32,000 nt of DNA from an archaeon (GTDB lineage Archaea > Iainarchaeota > Iainarchaeia > Iainarchaeales > JANQMZ01): contig JANQMZ010000007.1 in the NCBI GenBank assembly GCA_028279805.1, forward strand, positions 270,001 to 302,000. Reading direction: 5' to 3'. The position numbers and the translations under genes were made by a program. This document shows positions 16,896 through 27,600 of this stretch, piece by piece (the stretch's first letter is position 1; the number at the start of each line of letters is the position of its first letter). The notes below the pieces were generated by a model that made no database searches, was not told where the DNA came from, and saw only the letters and a program-made list of their open reading frames with translations.

Positions 16896-17606
16896 TTAAA
16901 TTTTTAAAGAGATGAATATTTCTCCGAAAAATTTTTCCTGCCACATGATTATTTTGTTTTCATTTGCCAGAAAAAGCAATGGTAAAAAAGTGTAAACAAT
17001 TTCCAAAACGGTGTGTTCATCCAGCAATTGTGAAAACAAAACCATTCCCTGTGAATCTTTTCTTTTTTGAATTTTTTCAAAAACTGTTTTCATTTTTTCA
17101 TCAATATCTTCTTCAATTAACTGAACATCAAAATCAGGTTTTTCGTTCCTTTCTCTTTCACGCTGGGCTTTTGTTTTTGTTTTTTCAATAATTGATTCAA
17201 TATTTTCAACCAGTTCATCCAGTGAAACTTTTCCTTCTCTGATGCGCGTAGTGGAAGCTAATTCGGGCAGCATTCCTTCCAATTCCAGTTTTTCCTGTTC
17301 TGATATTTCAGGTTCTTTTTCTTCTTCAATTGATGAAAATTTTAATGTTTTGGCTTTTGACCTCACTAAAATTGCGCAGCATAAAAAAGCATTTGCCGGC
17401 ACTTTTAAATTAATTGACTGCATTTGCTGAATTTTTTCCAAATATTTTGTTGCCAAAAGAGAAACATCAATGTTCCAGACATTCATTTTTTCTTTTTTAA
17501 CCAAGTCAAGCAGAATGGTTTTCCATTCAGGCTGGTCAACAAGTTTTACAAAATCCACATTTTCATGTTCTGTTTGTTCTTCCTGTTTTACCTGTTCTTT
17601 TTTCAT
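16896..17606 (-). CDS. scpA: Segregation and condensation protein A
   Basis: WKTILLDLVKKEKMNVWNIDVSLLATKYLEKIQQMQSINLKVPANAFLCCAILVRSKAKTL; C-terminal winged-helix FLPLLFLANENKIIMWQEKFFGEIFISL. Confidence 0.9.
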   Translation of the reverse strand: MKKEQVKQEEQTEHENVDFVKLVDQPEWKTILLDLVKKEKMNVWNIDVSLLATKYLEKIQQMQSINLKVPANAFLCCAILVRSKAKTLKFSSIEEEKEPEISEQEKLELEGMLPELASTTRIREGKVSLDELVENIESIIEKTKTKAQRERERNEKPDFDVQLIEEDIDEKMKTVFEKIQKRKDSQGMVLFSQLLDEHTVLEIVYTFLPLLFLANENKIIMWQEKFFGEIFISLKI

Positions 17607-17743
17607 GTCGGGAGCCTCTTAAAAAAAATTCATGAAAATTAGTGAAAAAGTAGTATTTAAAGCTATTTAACCAAAAAATATCAAAACAAAGCATTTTAAA
17701 TAAAAAAAGCCAATATAGTAAAAAGTGTTTTTTGGGTTTTCAA

Positions 17744-18457
17744 ATGGACAGAGTTAAAACAGGAATCGCAGGACTAGACGAATTAATGAACGGAGGAATT
17801 CCACAGGGTTCAACAGTGGTTGTATCCGGAGGAACAGGAACAGGTAAAACAATTTTCGGAATGCAGTACATTTACAACGGAGCAAAAGATTTCAAAGAAC
17901 CCGGAATCTTTGTCAGCCTTGAAACAAATTTGAAAAACATTGTCTGGAATATGACAAGCTTTAAATGGGATATTAAAAAAATGCAGGACGCAAAACTGAT
18001 GAAAACTTACAGGTTAAACCTGCACGAGCCTGATAATGAGGAAATGGTTGGAAGAAAATTAAAAGAAGAGCTTGAAGTGATTTTAAAAATGGTTAAAGAA
18101 CTGAAAGCAAAACGCCTTGTCATAGATTCAATTACCGCAATAGGAATATGGGTTGAAAAAAAATCAACACTAAGAAGCCTGTTATATGAATTTACAGACA
18201 AATTAAAAGAATTAAATTGTACGACTTTATTAACAACTGAAACAAGTTCACAAAAAGAAGATTTGTCAGCATTCGGAGTTGAAGAATTTGTATCAGACGG
18301 AGTTATTGCCTTATATTTTTCACCGCCAAACAGGTCATTGTTTGTAAGAAAAATGCGTGGAACAAACCATTCAAGAAACATTCATCCATTAGAAATTGGT
18401 GAAAAAGGTTTAAGCGTAAAACCACAGGACAGGGTCATGTGGGAATCAATCAAATAA
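17744..18457 (+). CDS. KaiC/RadA-like RecA-superfamily ATPase, single domain
   Basis: MDRVKTGIAGLDELMNGGIPQGSTVVVSGGTGTGKTIFGMQYIYNGAKDFKEPGIFVSLE; Walker B-like KRLVIDSI. ATG at 17744 preferred over TTG 17732. Confidence 0.93.
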   Translation: MDRVKTGIAGLDELMNGGIPQGSTVVVSGGTGTGKTIFGMQYIYNGAKDFKEPGIFVSLETNLKNIVWNMTSFKWDIKKMQDAKLMKTYRLNLHEPDNEEMVGRKLKEELEVILKMVKELKAKRLVIDSITAIGIWVEKKSTLRSLLYEFTDKLKELNCTTLLTTETSSQKEDLSAFGVEEFVSDGVIALYFSPPNRSLFVRKMRGTNHSRNIHPLEIGEKGLSVKPQDRVMWESIK

Positions 18458-18458
18458 T

Positions 18459-19709
18459 TTAAGTTCCTTCTTTCCAGGAACCCAAATATTTTGATTGTTC
18501 TTTTGTCAAAGAATCTTTTTTTATGTTCATTGTCTTCAGCTGTAACTTTGAAATGTGGTCATCAACGCTTTCAGGCAGCAAATGCACACCTGGGTTTAAA
18601 GAATTTTTTAAAACATATTCAGCTGCAAGAGTTTGCCCGCAAAAACTTAAAGACATAACTGTGGATGGATGTCCTTCAGCTGCTGACAAATTAACAAGGC
18701 GTCCGTCTGCCAGCATGAAAATTCTTTTGTTGTTACGCAAAGTATATTCTTTCATGCTTGGCCTTAATTGCCTTGAACTTTTTGATAATTTTTTTAAAGC
18801 AGGAATTTCAATTTCAGCATCAAAATGCCCTGAATTTGATAAAATTGCCCCGTCCTTCATTTTGGTAAAATGTTCTTTTCTGATAACATTTTTGTTGCCA
18901 GTAACCGTTGTAAATATGTCCCCTAATTTTGCTGCCTGAGCAATAGGCATTACCCTATAACCATCCATTACAGCTTGTAATGCTCTGAAAGCATCAACTT
19001 CACAGACAATTACATTTGCCAGCATTCCGGAAGCCCTGCCTGCAACGCCTTTACCGCAGTCACCATAACCGCATACAACAAAAGTTTTACCGGCAATCAA
19101 AGTGTTTGTAGCACGCAAAATGCCGTCAACAGTGCTTTGTCCTGTTCCGTAAACATTGTCAAACAAATGTTTTGTTTTATTGTCATTAACCGCAATAACC
19201 GGATACTGTAAAATGTTATCTTTTTCCATTGCTCTCAATCTTATAACGCCTGTAGTAGTTTCCTCTGTGCCCCCAATTATATTGTCAAGCAATTCTTTTC
19301 TGTGAGTATGAGCCAATGTAACCAAATCACATCCGTCATCAATTGTAATTTCAGGTTTATAATCTAAAACATGATTAATGTTTTCATAATATTCCTTATT
19401 GCTTTGACCTTTCCATCCGAAAACATGAAAACCTTGTTTTGCCAAAGCAGCTGCGACATCATCCTGTGTGCTTAAAGGATTGCATCCTGCAATTGCAACT
19501 TTTGCTCCCCCGGATTTTAAAGTTCTGACCAAAGCAGCTGTTTCTTTTGTAACATGCAAAGCCAATCCAATTGTTAATCCTTTGAAAGGCTTTTCTTTCT
19601 GCATTCTTTTTCTAACTTCCAACAAGGCACCCATCTGCATTTCAGCATATTCAATATTTTTCTGACCCTGTTTTGCCAAAGACAAATCCTTTACCGCGTG
19701 TTTTTTCAT
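18459..19709 (-). CDS. ahcY: Adenosylhomocysteinase
   Basis: GLALHVTKETAALVRTL, NDNKTKHLFDNVYGTGQSTVDGILRATN, GYGDCGKGVAGRASG. ATG at 19709 with an upstream GGTGA-like SD; the 15-residue hydrophobic extension in the ORF track is probably not translated. Confidence 0.96.
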   Translation of the reverse strand: MKKHAVKDLSLAKQGQKNIEYAEMQMGALLEVRKRMQKEKPFKGLTIGLALHVTKETAALVRTLKSGGAKVAIAGCNPLSTQDDVAAALAKQGFHVFGWKGQSNKEYYENINHVLDYKPEITIDDGCDLVTLAHTHRKELLDNIIGGTEETTTGVIRLRAMEKDNILQYPVIAVNDNKTKHLFDNVYGTGQSTVDGILRATNTLIAGKTFVVCGYGDCGKGVAGRASGMLANVIVCEVDAFRALQAVMDGYRVMPIAQAAKLGDIFTTVTGNKNVIRKEHFTKMKDGAILSNSGHFDAEIEIPALKKLSKSSRQLRPSMKEYTLRNNKRIFMLADGRLVNLSAAEGHPSTVMSLSFCGQTLAAEYVLKNSLNPGVHLLPESVDDHISKLQLKTMNIKKDSLTKEQSKYLGSWKEGT

Positions 19710-19757
19710 TTTATCACCAACCTCAAACAAAAGAAACAAAAAAAATAAAAACAAGAG

Positions 19758-20756
19758 TTAAAGAAATTCGGCATATTCTGATGCCAGATGCAAATATTTT
19801 TCCACTTTGTCAAGTTCCTCTTCTTTTGCTTTTTCATCTTTTAACTGTAAAAAAGCCAATCCGGCTACTTTTGAGCGTACATTGGCACGATAACTTTTAT
19901 ACAGGTTTAAAAGTTTTGAAAAGCCTTTTTTGTCACCTGAAAGTTCAATGTAATGGTTTACAAATTTTTTTGACAATTTTCTTTCATTAAAAGCATCTAA
20001 ATCCATAGACATGAAAGCAATTTCTGTAACAATATCTGTAAAATTAATATCGTTGTTAAATTCAATGCAGTCAAAAACTTTTATTTCATCTGTTAAAAAA
20101 ACATTTTTTGAATAAAAATCTCCATGGCATTCTTTAACAAAACCGTTTTTTTTTCTGTTCTTAATAAAAGAATTGTTTTTTTCAACAAAATTTTTGCATT
20201 TTTTTATTAATTTGTCCAGAGTTTCTTCCTGTGACAATTCTTTTTCAACCACGCTTCTAATGCTTGACAAATCTTTAATATGTTTAAAAACAAATTCAGG
20301 TGAACCGTAATTTTTTTCCTTAATTGTGGGAATGTTTTGATGAAAATTATTCATAATGCCGGCAAGTTCTAAAACTTGTTTTGTTGAAACTTTTTTTTGC
20401 TCCAGCAGCAAATCCATTCTTTTATTTTCAGGCAATTGTTTCATTTTAACCGCATAATCAACTGTTTTTCCTTTTCCTTCAAAGAATAATGCGTTATCAT
20501 CTGTCACATTTACAATATCCAGATAAACATCAGAGGATAGTCTTTTGTTTAAAAAAATTTCACGCTCGCAAAAAAATTTTCTTCTGCCCATGGTTGAATA
20601 ATCCAGAAAAGAAAATTTTACCGGTTTTTTTATTTTGTAAGCATAATTTCCGGTTAAAAAAACCCAGGAAGTGTGAGTCTGAATCATTTTAATTTCCTGA
20701 ACTTCAAAAGGATAAGCTTCAGGTTTTTTTAATTCTTCAAGCCTTTTTTCAATCAT
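19758..20756 (-). CDS. COG2187-like aminoglycoside phosphotransferase-fold protein
   Basis: QTHTSWVFLTGNYAYKIKKPVKFSFLDYSTMGRRKFFCEREIFLNKRL; CHGDFYSKNVFL...VFDCIEFNNDINFTDIVTEIAFMSMDLD. Confidence 0.85.
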   Translation of the reverse strand: MIEKRLEELKKPEAYPFEVQEIKMIQTHTSWVFLTGNYAYKIKKPVKFSFLDYSTMGRRKFFCEREIFLNKRLSSDVYLDIVNVTDDNALFFEGKGKTVDYAVKMKQLPENKRMDLLLEQKKVSTKQVLELAGIMNNFHQNIPTIKEKNYGSPEFVFKHIKDLSSIRSVVEKELSQEETLDKLIKKCKNFVEKNNSFIKNRKKNGFVKECHGDFYSKNVFLTDEIKVFDCIEFNNDINFTDIVTEIAFMSMDLDAFNERKLSKKFVNHYIELSGDKKGFSKLLNLYKSYRANVRSKVAGLAFLQLKDEKAKEEELDKVEKYLHLASEYAEFL

Positions 20757-21261
20757 TTAAAGCACCTTTAACATAATTTTGCACTTTTTCAATTTTTTCC
20801 TCCACAGGCATTAAAGCATTCAAAATAAGGTGTTTTTGGGTTATTGGCTCAAAATCTTTTTGAACAATTTTAAAAGCATTCAGGTCTGCCTCGCTTACAT
20901 TGGGATTTGTTTTGCGGTCAAGCATTCTTTTTTTCACTGTGTCAAAATCAATTGAGATAAAAACAAAAAAGAAAGGAACATTTGCATTTTTAGCTGTTTT
21001 TGTTGCTTTATCTCTTATATGTTTTTTATAAAAAGTTCCGTCAAGAATAACATTTTTTCCCTGTTTTGCAAATGCTTCAGCTTTTGAAAAAAGTTTATCG
21101 TAAACTTTTTGTTTTGCTTCATGAGAATATTCACTTTTCTCTGAAAACAGTTCTTTTCGCATGATGTCTGTGTTTAAATGAATCATGTTAAGATTTTCAG
21201 CTAAACGTTTTGCAAGATAACTTTTTCCGGAAGCCGGCAATCCGGCAACAACAATAATCAT
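20749..21261 (-). CDS. P-loop kinase (COG0645-like AAA kinase)
   Basis: MIIVVAGLPASGKSYLAKRLAENLNMIHLNTDIMRKELF; GKNVILDGTFYKK. Confidence 0.88.
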   Translation of the reverse strand: MIIVVAGLPASGKSYLAKRLAENLNMIHLNTDIMRKELFSEKSEYSHEAKQKVYDKLFSKAEAFAKQGKNVILDGTFYKKHIRDKATKTAKNANVPFFFVFISIDFDTVKKRMLDRKTNPNVSEADLNAFKIVQKDFEPITQKHLILNALMPVEEKIEKVQNYVKGALND

Positions 21262-21923
21262 TTTTTATCAGCTGTTTCCAAAATTTTTGATTTTGTTCTG
21301 GCAGCAACTTGCTCAACTGGACCCTCACCATTCACAGTGATTAAAATATTTTTATCAGAATAAAATTTTAACAAAGGCTTTGTTTGCTTTTCATAAACTT
21401 TTAACCGGTCCAGAACAATTTCAGGCTTGTCATCATCCCTTTGAATCAATTTTTCTTTACATTCAGGGCAATGAGTTAAGCCTTTATGTTCTTGAATCGT
21501 ATTAACATTAAACAGGTTTCCGCATTTTTGGCATTTTCTTCTTCCTGAAATTCTTTTAACAAGTTCTTCTTCTGCAACATTTAAATTAACAACCGCATTA
21601 ATTTTTTTTCCTGTTTCTTTACTCATCTGTTCAAGTTTTTCAGCCTGAGGAATTGTTCTCGGATAACCATCCAGAATAAAACCGTTTTGACAGTCAGATT
21701 TTGAAATTCTGTGCTTTACAATTTGTGCAACAGTTTCATCATCAACTAACGCGCCGGAAGAAACAATTTTCTGAACCTTTTTTCCCAAATCAGTTTCTGA
21801 AGCAATTTCATCCCTGAAAATGTCACCGGTGGACAATGCGGGAATATTAAGCTCCCCGCTTAAAATTCTGGAAATAGTGCCTTTTCCGGCACCAGGTGGC
21901 CCCAAAAAAACAAGATTTAACAT
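21258..21923 (-). CDS. adk: Adenylate kinase with Zn-binding LID
   Basis: MLNLVFLGPPGAGKGTISRIL, FILDGYPRTIPQAE, LID CQKCGNLF...CPECKEKLIQRDDDKPE. Confidence 0.97.
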   Translation of the reverse strand: MLNLVFLGPPGAGKGTISRILSGELNIPALSTGDIFRDEIASETDLGKKVQKIVSSGALVDDETVAQIVKHRISKSDCQNGFILDGYPRTIPQAEKLEQMSKETGKKINAVVNLNVAEEELVKRISGRRKCQKCGNLFNVNTIQEHKGLTHCPECKEKLIQRDDDKPEIVLDRLKVYEKQTKPLLKFYSDKNILITVNGEGPVEQVAARTKSKILETADKK

Positions 21924-21964
21924 TAAAAATACCTATTTTTTTAATGAAAGAAACAAATAAAAGT

Positions 21965-23005
21965 CTATTTTACCAGCACATCCAAAACAACCTGTACTTT
22001 TGCAGGTGAAAAAGATCTTACAACAGCTTTTCTTAAAATTTTTATTTTTTTATTAAATTTTTTTGCAGTTTCTTCAAGTTTTTCAATTGGTTTGTCATAC
22101 AACGATTCTTTTTCTTCAAACTGGTAAAAATGAATTGCGCCTCCCGATTTCAGTGAAAGAAAAGCTTCTTTTAAAAAATTTTCACCGCCTTTAGGCAAAG
22201 GCATTACAACCCTGTCAAGCTTATGCGTTAATTTTTCCGGAACAATTTTTTTAACATCTCCAAAAAAAGATTGAACCCTTTGTTCAACATTGTTCAGTTT
22301 GATGTTTTCATCCATTAAATCAAAAGCATCTTTGTTTAATTCAACTGTAAAAATTTTTTCCGCATCAGAATTTTTGGCAAAAATTATTGCAAAGGGGCCG
22401 ACTCCTGCAAAAAAAACTCCCACTTTTTCACCGGGTTCAATTAGTTGTGAAATTCTTTTTCTTTCGGTTGAAAGTCTTGGAGAGTAAAACACTTTTTCCA
22501 GATTCACTTTAAACTGGCATCCGTGCTCTTTGTGCAACGTGTTTAAAGATTTTTTTCCGGCAATGATTTTAACCGGCTGAACTCTGAATTCTCCGCGGTG
22601 TTCTCCCACAATTTTTGCAACGGTTTCAATGTTTTTGTTAACCTGCATTAAAGCTTCCGCAATAATTGTTTCTTTTCCTTTCAAAAATTCAGGAATTTCT
22701 ATTACTGCAACAGAACCAATAATGTCAAAAGATGAAATCAAATGCTCCATTCCTGAGCGTGAAATTTTTCCGTTTAAAGCCTGTTTCAAATTTCTTGGCT
22801 GGAATGATTTTTTTTTAAAAGTTTGTTTAACAACTTCAAAATCTTTTAAAGGCAGATTTTTTTGCAAAATTTTTTTGTTAATGGGAAAAATTATGAAATT
22901 TTTTGTTCTGAGAGGGACAAGGTAATTGTCAATCAGTTTTTTTTTGTTTAAAAATTCTTTAAGCTTCTGAGCCCTTTTCAGAGGCCCTTTAACCCCAAAA
23001 GACAT
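21965..23005 (-). CDS. trm5: tRNA (guanine37-N1)-methyltransferase, Trm5 family
   Basis: EHGCQFKVNLEKVFYSPRLSTERKRISQLIEPGEKVGVFFAGVGPFAIIFAKN...VFTVELNKDAFDLMDENIKLN...RVVMPLPKGGENFL. Confidence 0.92.
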   Translation of the reverse strand: MSFGVKGPLKRAQKLKEFLNKKKLIDNYLVPLRTKNFIIFPINKKILQKNLPLKDFEVVKQTFKKKSFQPRNLKQALNGKISRSGMEHLISSFDIIGSVAVIEIPEFLKGKETIIAEALMQVNKNIETVAKIVGEHRGEFRVQPVKIIAGKKSLNTLHKEHGCQFKVNLEKVFYSPRLSTERKRISQLIEPGEKVGVFFAGVGPFAIIFAKNSDAEKIFTVELNKDAFDLMDENIKLNNVEQRVQSFFGDVKKIVPEKLTHKLDRVVMPLPKGGENFLKEAFLSLKSGGAIHFYQFEEKESLYDKPIEKLEETAKKFNKKIKILRKAVVRSFSPAKVQVVLDVLVK

Positions 23006-23045
23006 GTATTAGTATTAAAAGAATTAAGTGTTTTAATACTGTTTC

Positions 23046-23873
23046 ATGGTTCAGGAATTATTTTATGAATATTTTGTAAAGCCCATTGTTGACCCTTCCC
23101 TGCAGGGCTATAATCCTGTGAACACAATTGTTTATGGCCTGATTCTTTTGATAATGGCTTTTTATGTTATTTATCCCAATCTTAAAAAAATGGGAATTGG
23201 GTTTGATAAAAAATTTGCATTATCTTTAATTCCTTTCATTTTAATCGGAATAAGTTTAAGAGCAATAACATCTGCAAGACTGTTATATCCTTTGATTCAA
23301 AAAACTGCAAATCCTTTTGAATTAGGCTTCTGGACTTTTACTCCGGGAGTATGGATACTGGTTTTCATTTTAACAGTTTTGGGATTGTTAGTGGCTAAAA
23401 AAAGCAAAAATTTTCATAAAACTTTTGCCGGGTTCGGATTAATTTTTGCACTGCCCTTGTTGCTGTTTAACTTTTTTAATTTTACAGAATGGGCAGGGTT
23501 TCTTGTAATAATTTTGTTAACTGTTCTGGTGACCTATGCAACTTTTTGGGTTGTAAAATTTTTGTTAAAAAAAGATTTGCTTGACAGTTTGTTAAACAAG
23601 CTTGTTCTGGCGGGACAGGTTCTTGACGGAACTGCAACTTTTATGGCTGTAAGTTTTTATTCATTCGGGGAACAGCACTTTGTTTCAAATGCAATTTTGT
23701 CATTAAATCCGGCATTGTTTGTTTTTGTAAAAATTTTGTTAATAGTTTTAATTTTACATTATATTGACAAAGAAGTTGAAGATAAAAACCTGAAAGGATT
23801 TATTAAAATTTTTTTAATAATTCTGGGTTTTGCGACAGGCGGAGCTTCGCTGATAAAAGTGGGACTGATTTGA
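23046..23873 (+). CDS. DUF63 family membrane protein
   Basis: FYEYFVKPIVDPSLQGYNPVNTIVYGLILL...RAITSARLLYPLIQKTANPFELGFWTFTPGVWIL; multi-TM. Confidence 0.88.
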   Translation: MVQELFYEYFVKPIVDPSLQGYNPVNTIVYGLILLIMAFYVIYPNLKKMGIGFDKKFALSLIPFILIGISLRAITSARLLYPLIQKTANPFELGFWTFTPGVWILVFILTVLGLLVAKKSKNFHKTFAGFGLIFALPLLLFNFFNFTEWAGFLVIILLTVLVTYATFWVVKFLLKKDLLDSLLNKLVLAGQVLDGTATFMAVSFYSFGEQHFVSNAILSLNPALFVFVKILLIVLILHYIDKEVEDKNLKGFIKIFLIILGFATGGASLIKVGLI

Positions 23874-24617
23874 ATGCTTTACCTGGTTGGAACCGGTTTA
23901 AAGCCGGAACATGTCAGCATTGAAGGTCTGAATTTTTTAAAAAACTGTGATGAAGTTTTTGTTGAAAACTATACAAGCAGGTTTGCAGAGGGAAACTTTG
24001 AGGAAATGGAAAAACTTGTGGGAAAAAAAATTATTCCTCTGAACAGAAAACAGGTTGAAGAAGAATTTGATGAAATTCTGCAAAAAGCAAAAACAACTGA
24101 AATAGGCCTTTTGGTTCAGGGAAACGTGTTTTTTGCCACAACACATTCTCAGATTGTTTCAGATGCAAAAAAAGAAAATGTTAAAATTAAAATTGTTCCC
24201 GGAATGTCATTGTTTGATTTTATAGGAAAAACAGGTTTAAGTTTGTACAAATTTGGGGAAACTGTCAGCATTGTTTTTCATGAAAAAAATTTTAAACCGG
24301 ATTCATTTTATGACAAAATTGTCAAAAATAATGAAAATGGTTTGCATACTTTGTGTTTGCTTGATATTAAGGAAGAAAAATTGATGACAATAACAGAAGC
24401 TTTGAAATTACTGGAAAAAATTGAACAAAAAAAGAAAAATAATATTATTCAAAAAAGCCCGATTGTTGTTTTAAGTGTTCTGGGATCAGATAATGAAAAA
24501 ATTTCTGCAGGAAGCTTTGAAGAATTAAAAAAATTAAAATTTGAAAGCCCGGCTTCAATAATTGTATGCGGAGAATTAAATGAAAATGAAAAACAGGCAT
24601 TAAAAGAATTGAAATAA
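23874..24617 (+). CDS. dph5: Diphthine synthase
   Basis: MLYLVGTGLKPEHVSIEGLNFLKNCDEVFVENYTS; LVQGNVFFATTHSQI; VVPGMSLFDFIGKTGLSLYKFGETVSIVF. Confidence 0.93.
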   Translation: MLYLVGTGLKPEHVSIEGLNFLKNCDEVFVENYTSRFAEGNFEEMEKLVGKKIIPLNRKQVEEEFDEILQKAKTTEIGLLVQGNVFFATTHSQIVSDAKKENVKIKIVPGMSLFDFIGKTGLSLYKFGETVSIVFHEKNFKPDSFYDKIVKNNENGLHTLCLLDIKEEKLMTITEALKLLEKIEQKKKNNIIQKSPIVVLSVLGSDNEKISAGSFEELKKLKFESPASIIVCGELNENEKQALKELK

Positions 24618-24618
24618 T

Positions 24619-27600
24619 TCAGACCTGTATTGCTTTGATTCTTTCCCTTCTTTTGACAATAATATAATTAACAAGAAGCATTAAAGCTATTTCAAAAATT
24701 CCGACAACAATTGCAATAAAAGTATTTCCCATAAACCTGCTCACAATCATCGGAATTACAACCAAAATTAATGCAAATAAAATTCTCAACAGTTTTCTTT
24801 TTCTTTCAGTGGTTGTGGAAACAATTTCTTTTCCGAACCAATTCCTGCTTAACCTGTAAGCAATGAAAGCAAGAACCAATTCAATTATTATTAAAAACAA
24901 AAACAATTGAATTTCATCTAAAGCTGTCTCCCCAAATAACACTTTTGCAATTTCAATTACACTGCCCTGGAAAAATTCAAACACATTTACAACAATAAAT
25001 TTGTCTTCCGCGGTCAGATCACCACGAGTGGCTTTAACATTATAAACACCTAATTCATCAACAATAAATGAAACCTGCCCGTCTTCTTTGGTAAAAAACA
25101 GTTTAAATTTGCCTGAAGGGAAATCTGTTTTAACGGAAGAACCAACAACAGGCTTGCCGTCCTGGCTTTCAACCGTTACAATCTGCCTGGCGTTGAGCCA
25201 GGTTGTTTCAAACTGTACTTTAATGAAAATTTCCGAAACAATGGCTCCGCTTCCGCCACCACCTCCTCCGCCGCCTCCGGCTCCCCCGCCTCCGGCGCCA
25301 CCAGAACCAGGCGGGCCTGCATTGGAATCTGATTCTCCTATTGTAATGGTTTCTGAAAGCTGATTATTTGTTTCATCAGATTCTTCAATTATGTCAGAGG
25401 AGTCAACAATAAAATAATAAGTAAATGTTCCGTCACCGGGCAAATCTGTTGCAACAACATTTCTTTCCTCATCAGGTTCAAGTGAAAATGTTTCAGATTT
25501 AATCAAAGGACCTGTTGTTGAATCTCTTCTTATTTGTGTTGTAAAAGAACCTGAATCAAAAGAACTGTCATTAAAAACAACACCTAAAAGGTTTACAATT
25601 GAACCTGCCGGTGCAGCTGTAAAAGAATTTGCAATCAAATCTTTTGGTTCAGTGCACTGAACAGAACAACAATAATCCGTATTGCTTGCATCAAGCCAGC
25701 TTCCTGAACATTCTTTAGGCGGCTCACATATAAAGCCTCCTGCGTTTGAACAGGTTGGAGTTGGTGGTCCGCCTCCACCGCCACCACCTTCATCAGGACC
25801 AAAAGTAAAAGTGATTGAGCCTGTTGCAATGTTGTTTGCGGCATCATTTGTATCAATTCTCAAAGTGTTGCTTCCGTTTCCAATTTTGCTTTCAGTATAA
25901 GAGCAACGATAATGGTTTCCGTTATCAGTACAGGAACCCGGAAAAGAAAAACTTGTACTTGCAACAGTGTTAATTGTAACATTTGCATCATTGATTCCGG
26001 AATTTGAATCGTTTAAATCAAAAATAACTGTTTTGGATGAAAGATTGCTTGAACCGTTTGTAGGAGAAACAAATGTTATCAAAGGAACATTAGCATCAAT
26101 CATAAAGCTTGGATTGCTTGATTCGCTTCCCGACAAAAGAGTTGCATCAAAAACATTAATGTCAATAAAATAGTTTCCGTCCGTTACTCCCCTGTAACCC
26201 CATGTATAATTGCATGCAAATGTGTTGTCACCGGATGCTTTTGTACATGACAAATTTGAATCGGTTGGCGTTGTTAAATTGTCATTTGTTACAATGTTTG
26301 TGGTAAAAGCACCTGAATTGAATTCGCTGGAATAAGCTATGCGCACATTCAAATCTTCATTGTCAGGGTCGGATGCATTAAAATCAATTGTAAAAGTGTT
26401 GTTTCTGCCGTTCAGAAGCTGTCCTTCAGGGGCAAAAACGTTTACATCCGGCCTTAAGCTTCCCACTGTTGTTTTGGCATAATATAAGCGTCCGGATGTT
26501 CCTGCATTTGAATCATGATAAATTATGTCAAGCCTGTTGAAACTGTTAAGCCTTTTCATTGTAGTGTAGGGAACACCTGCACTTGCAAGGTTGTCATCAA
26601 CTGAAACAAAATTTGTCCAGTGATTGTTTGCATCATGCCTTTTTCTGTACCCAGGGTATTGTAATGAGGCGGAGCATGTTGATGTTGCACACCTGCCCAT
26701 AACCGCAAAATCATCACCATTTAAATCTGTTAACAAGCCATCACGGTAAATGTTAAACATTGTTTGCGGGTTTCTTGACTCGCTTGTAAAAATGTTTGCA
26801 TCAATGGACCAGTTTGAAGCATTAGAACAGCTTAAACCATCATCACACTGGACAAAAATAGTGTTAAAATCTGCTACGGGGTCTCTGAAAGTTCCTCTTA
26901 TTTCACCTGTTTTGCCGATTGTTACTCCGATTTGTCCATAAATTGTTGAGGGAACATCAAAACTTGTATCGCCCTGATAAGAATAATTTCCGCTTGCATC
27001 ATAAACAGTATAATTAATGTCCGAAACTGTTACACTTGGAAGAATAACAAGTGTTGTTCTTTTGTTTCGCATTATGTGCAAATCCTGATTGATGTCAAAA
27101 GCAAAACTTGGATCACCATGATTAAAATTTGAATCAATCTGCACAGAATACCAGTTGCCTGCAACACCACAGTTTAAATCCAGGTCACATGCAACAAGCC
27201 TTGCAAAATTATTAACTTGTGTGGATAAAAGAGGTCCTGTGAATTGATGAACAATTGTTACAACTGCATTATCCGAATTAACATCAAAACCTGCATCGGT
27301 TCTGACAGAAGTTCCCTGAATACTGTAAGCATTTATCGGGGCTGTCCAGCTTGTTGAATCAAAAATGTTTGAATCAGTTGAAGCTTCCCTGTAAAGTAAG
27401 TTTCCATCACCTGTTCTGTGGCTTAAAGCCATGAAAACAAAAATTTTGCTAAAAGTATCATCCGTTCCAATTTTAACGGAATCCAGAGGCAAAGCCGTTG
27501 TGTTTAAATCAAAACCGGCAGGAGTCCACGAATTTCCATTATCACCTGAAATGTAAAGTTTTACCGTGTTATTGTCATTTCCTTTTGCTACAACTGCAAG

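Noticed and set aside
18523-18939. 138-aa plus-strand ORF antisense to ahcY
   Set aside because: Shadow ORF over a highly conserved enzyme.
20749-21261. P-loop kinase plus APH-like protein as a toxin-antitoxin (zeta/HipA-like) pair
   Set aside because: Both match housekeeping-type COG0645/COG2187 signatures; no antitoxin-like partner, and they sit in a metabolic operon.
25088-25363. Plus-strand ORF with a poly-Pro run (PPPPPPPPPPAPPPPAPP)
   Set aside because: Reverse complement of the Gly-rich hinge in the surface protein, not an independent proline-rich protein.
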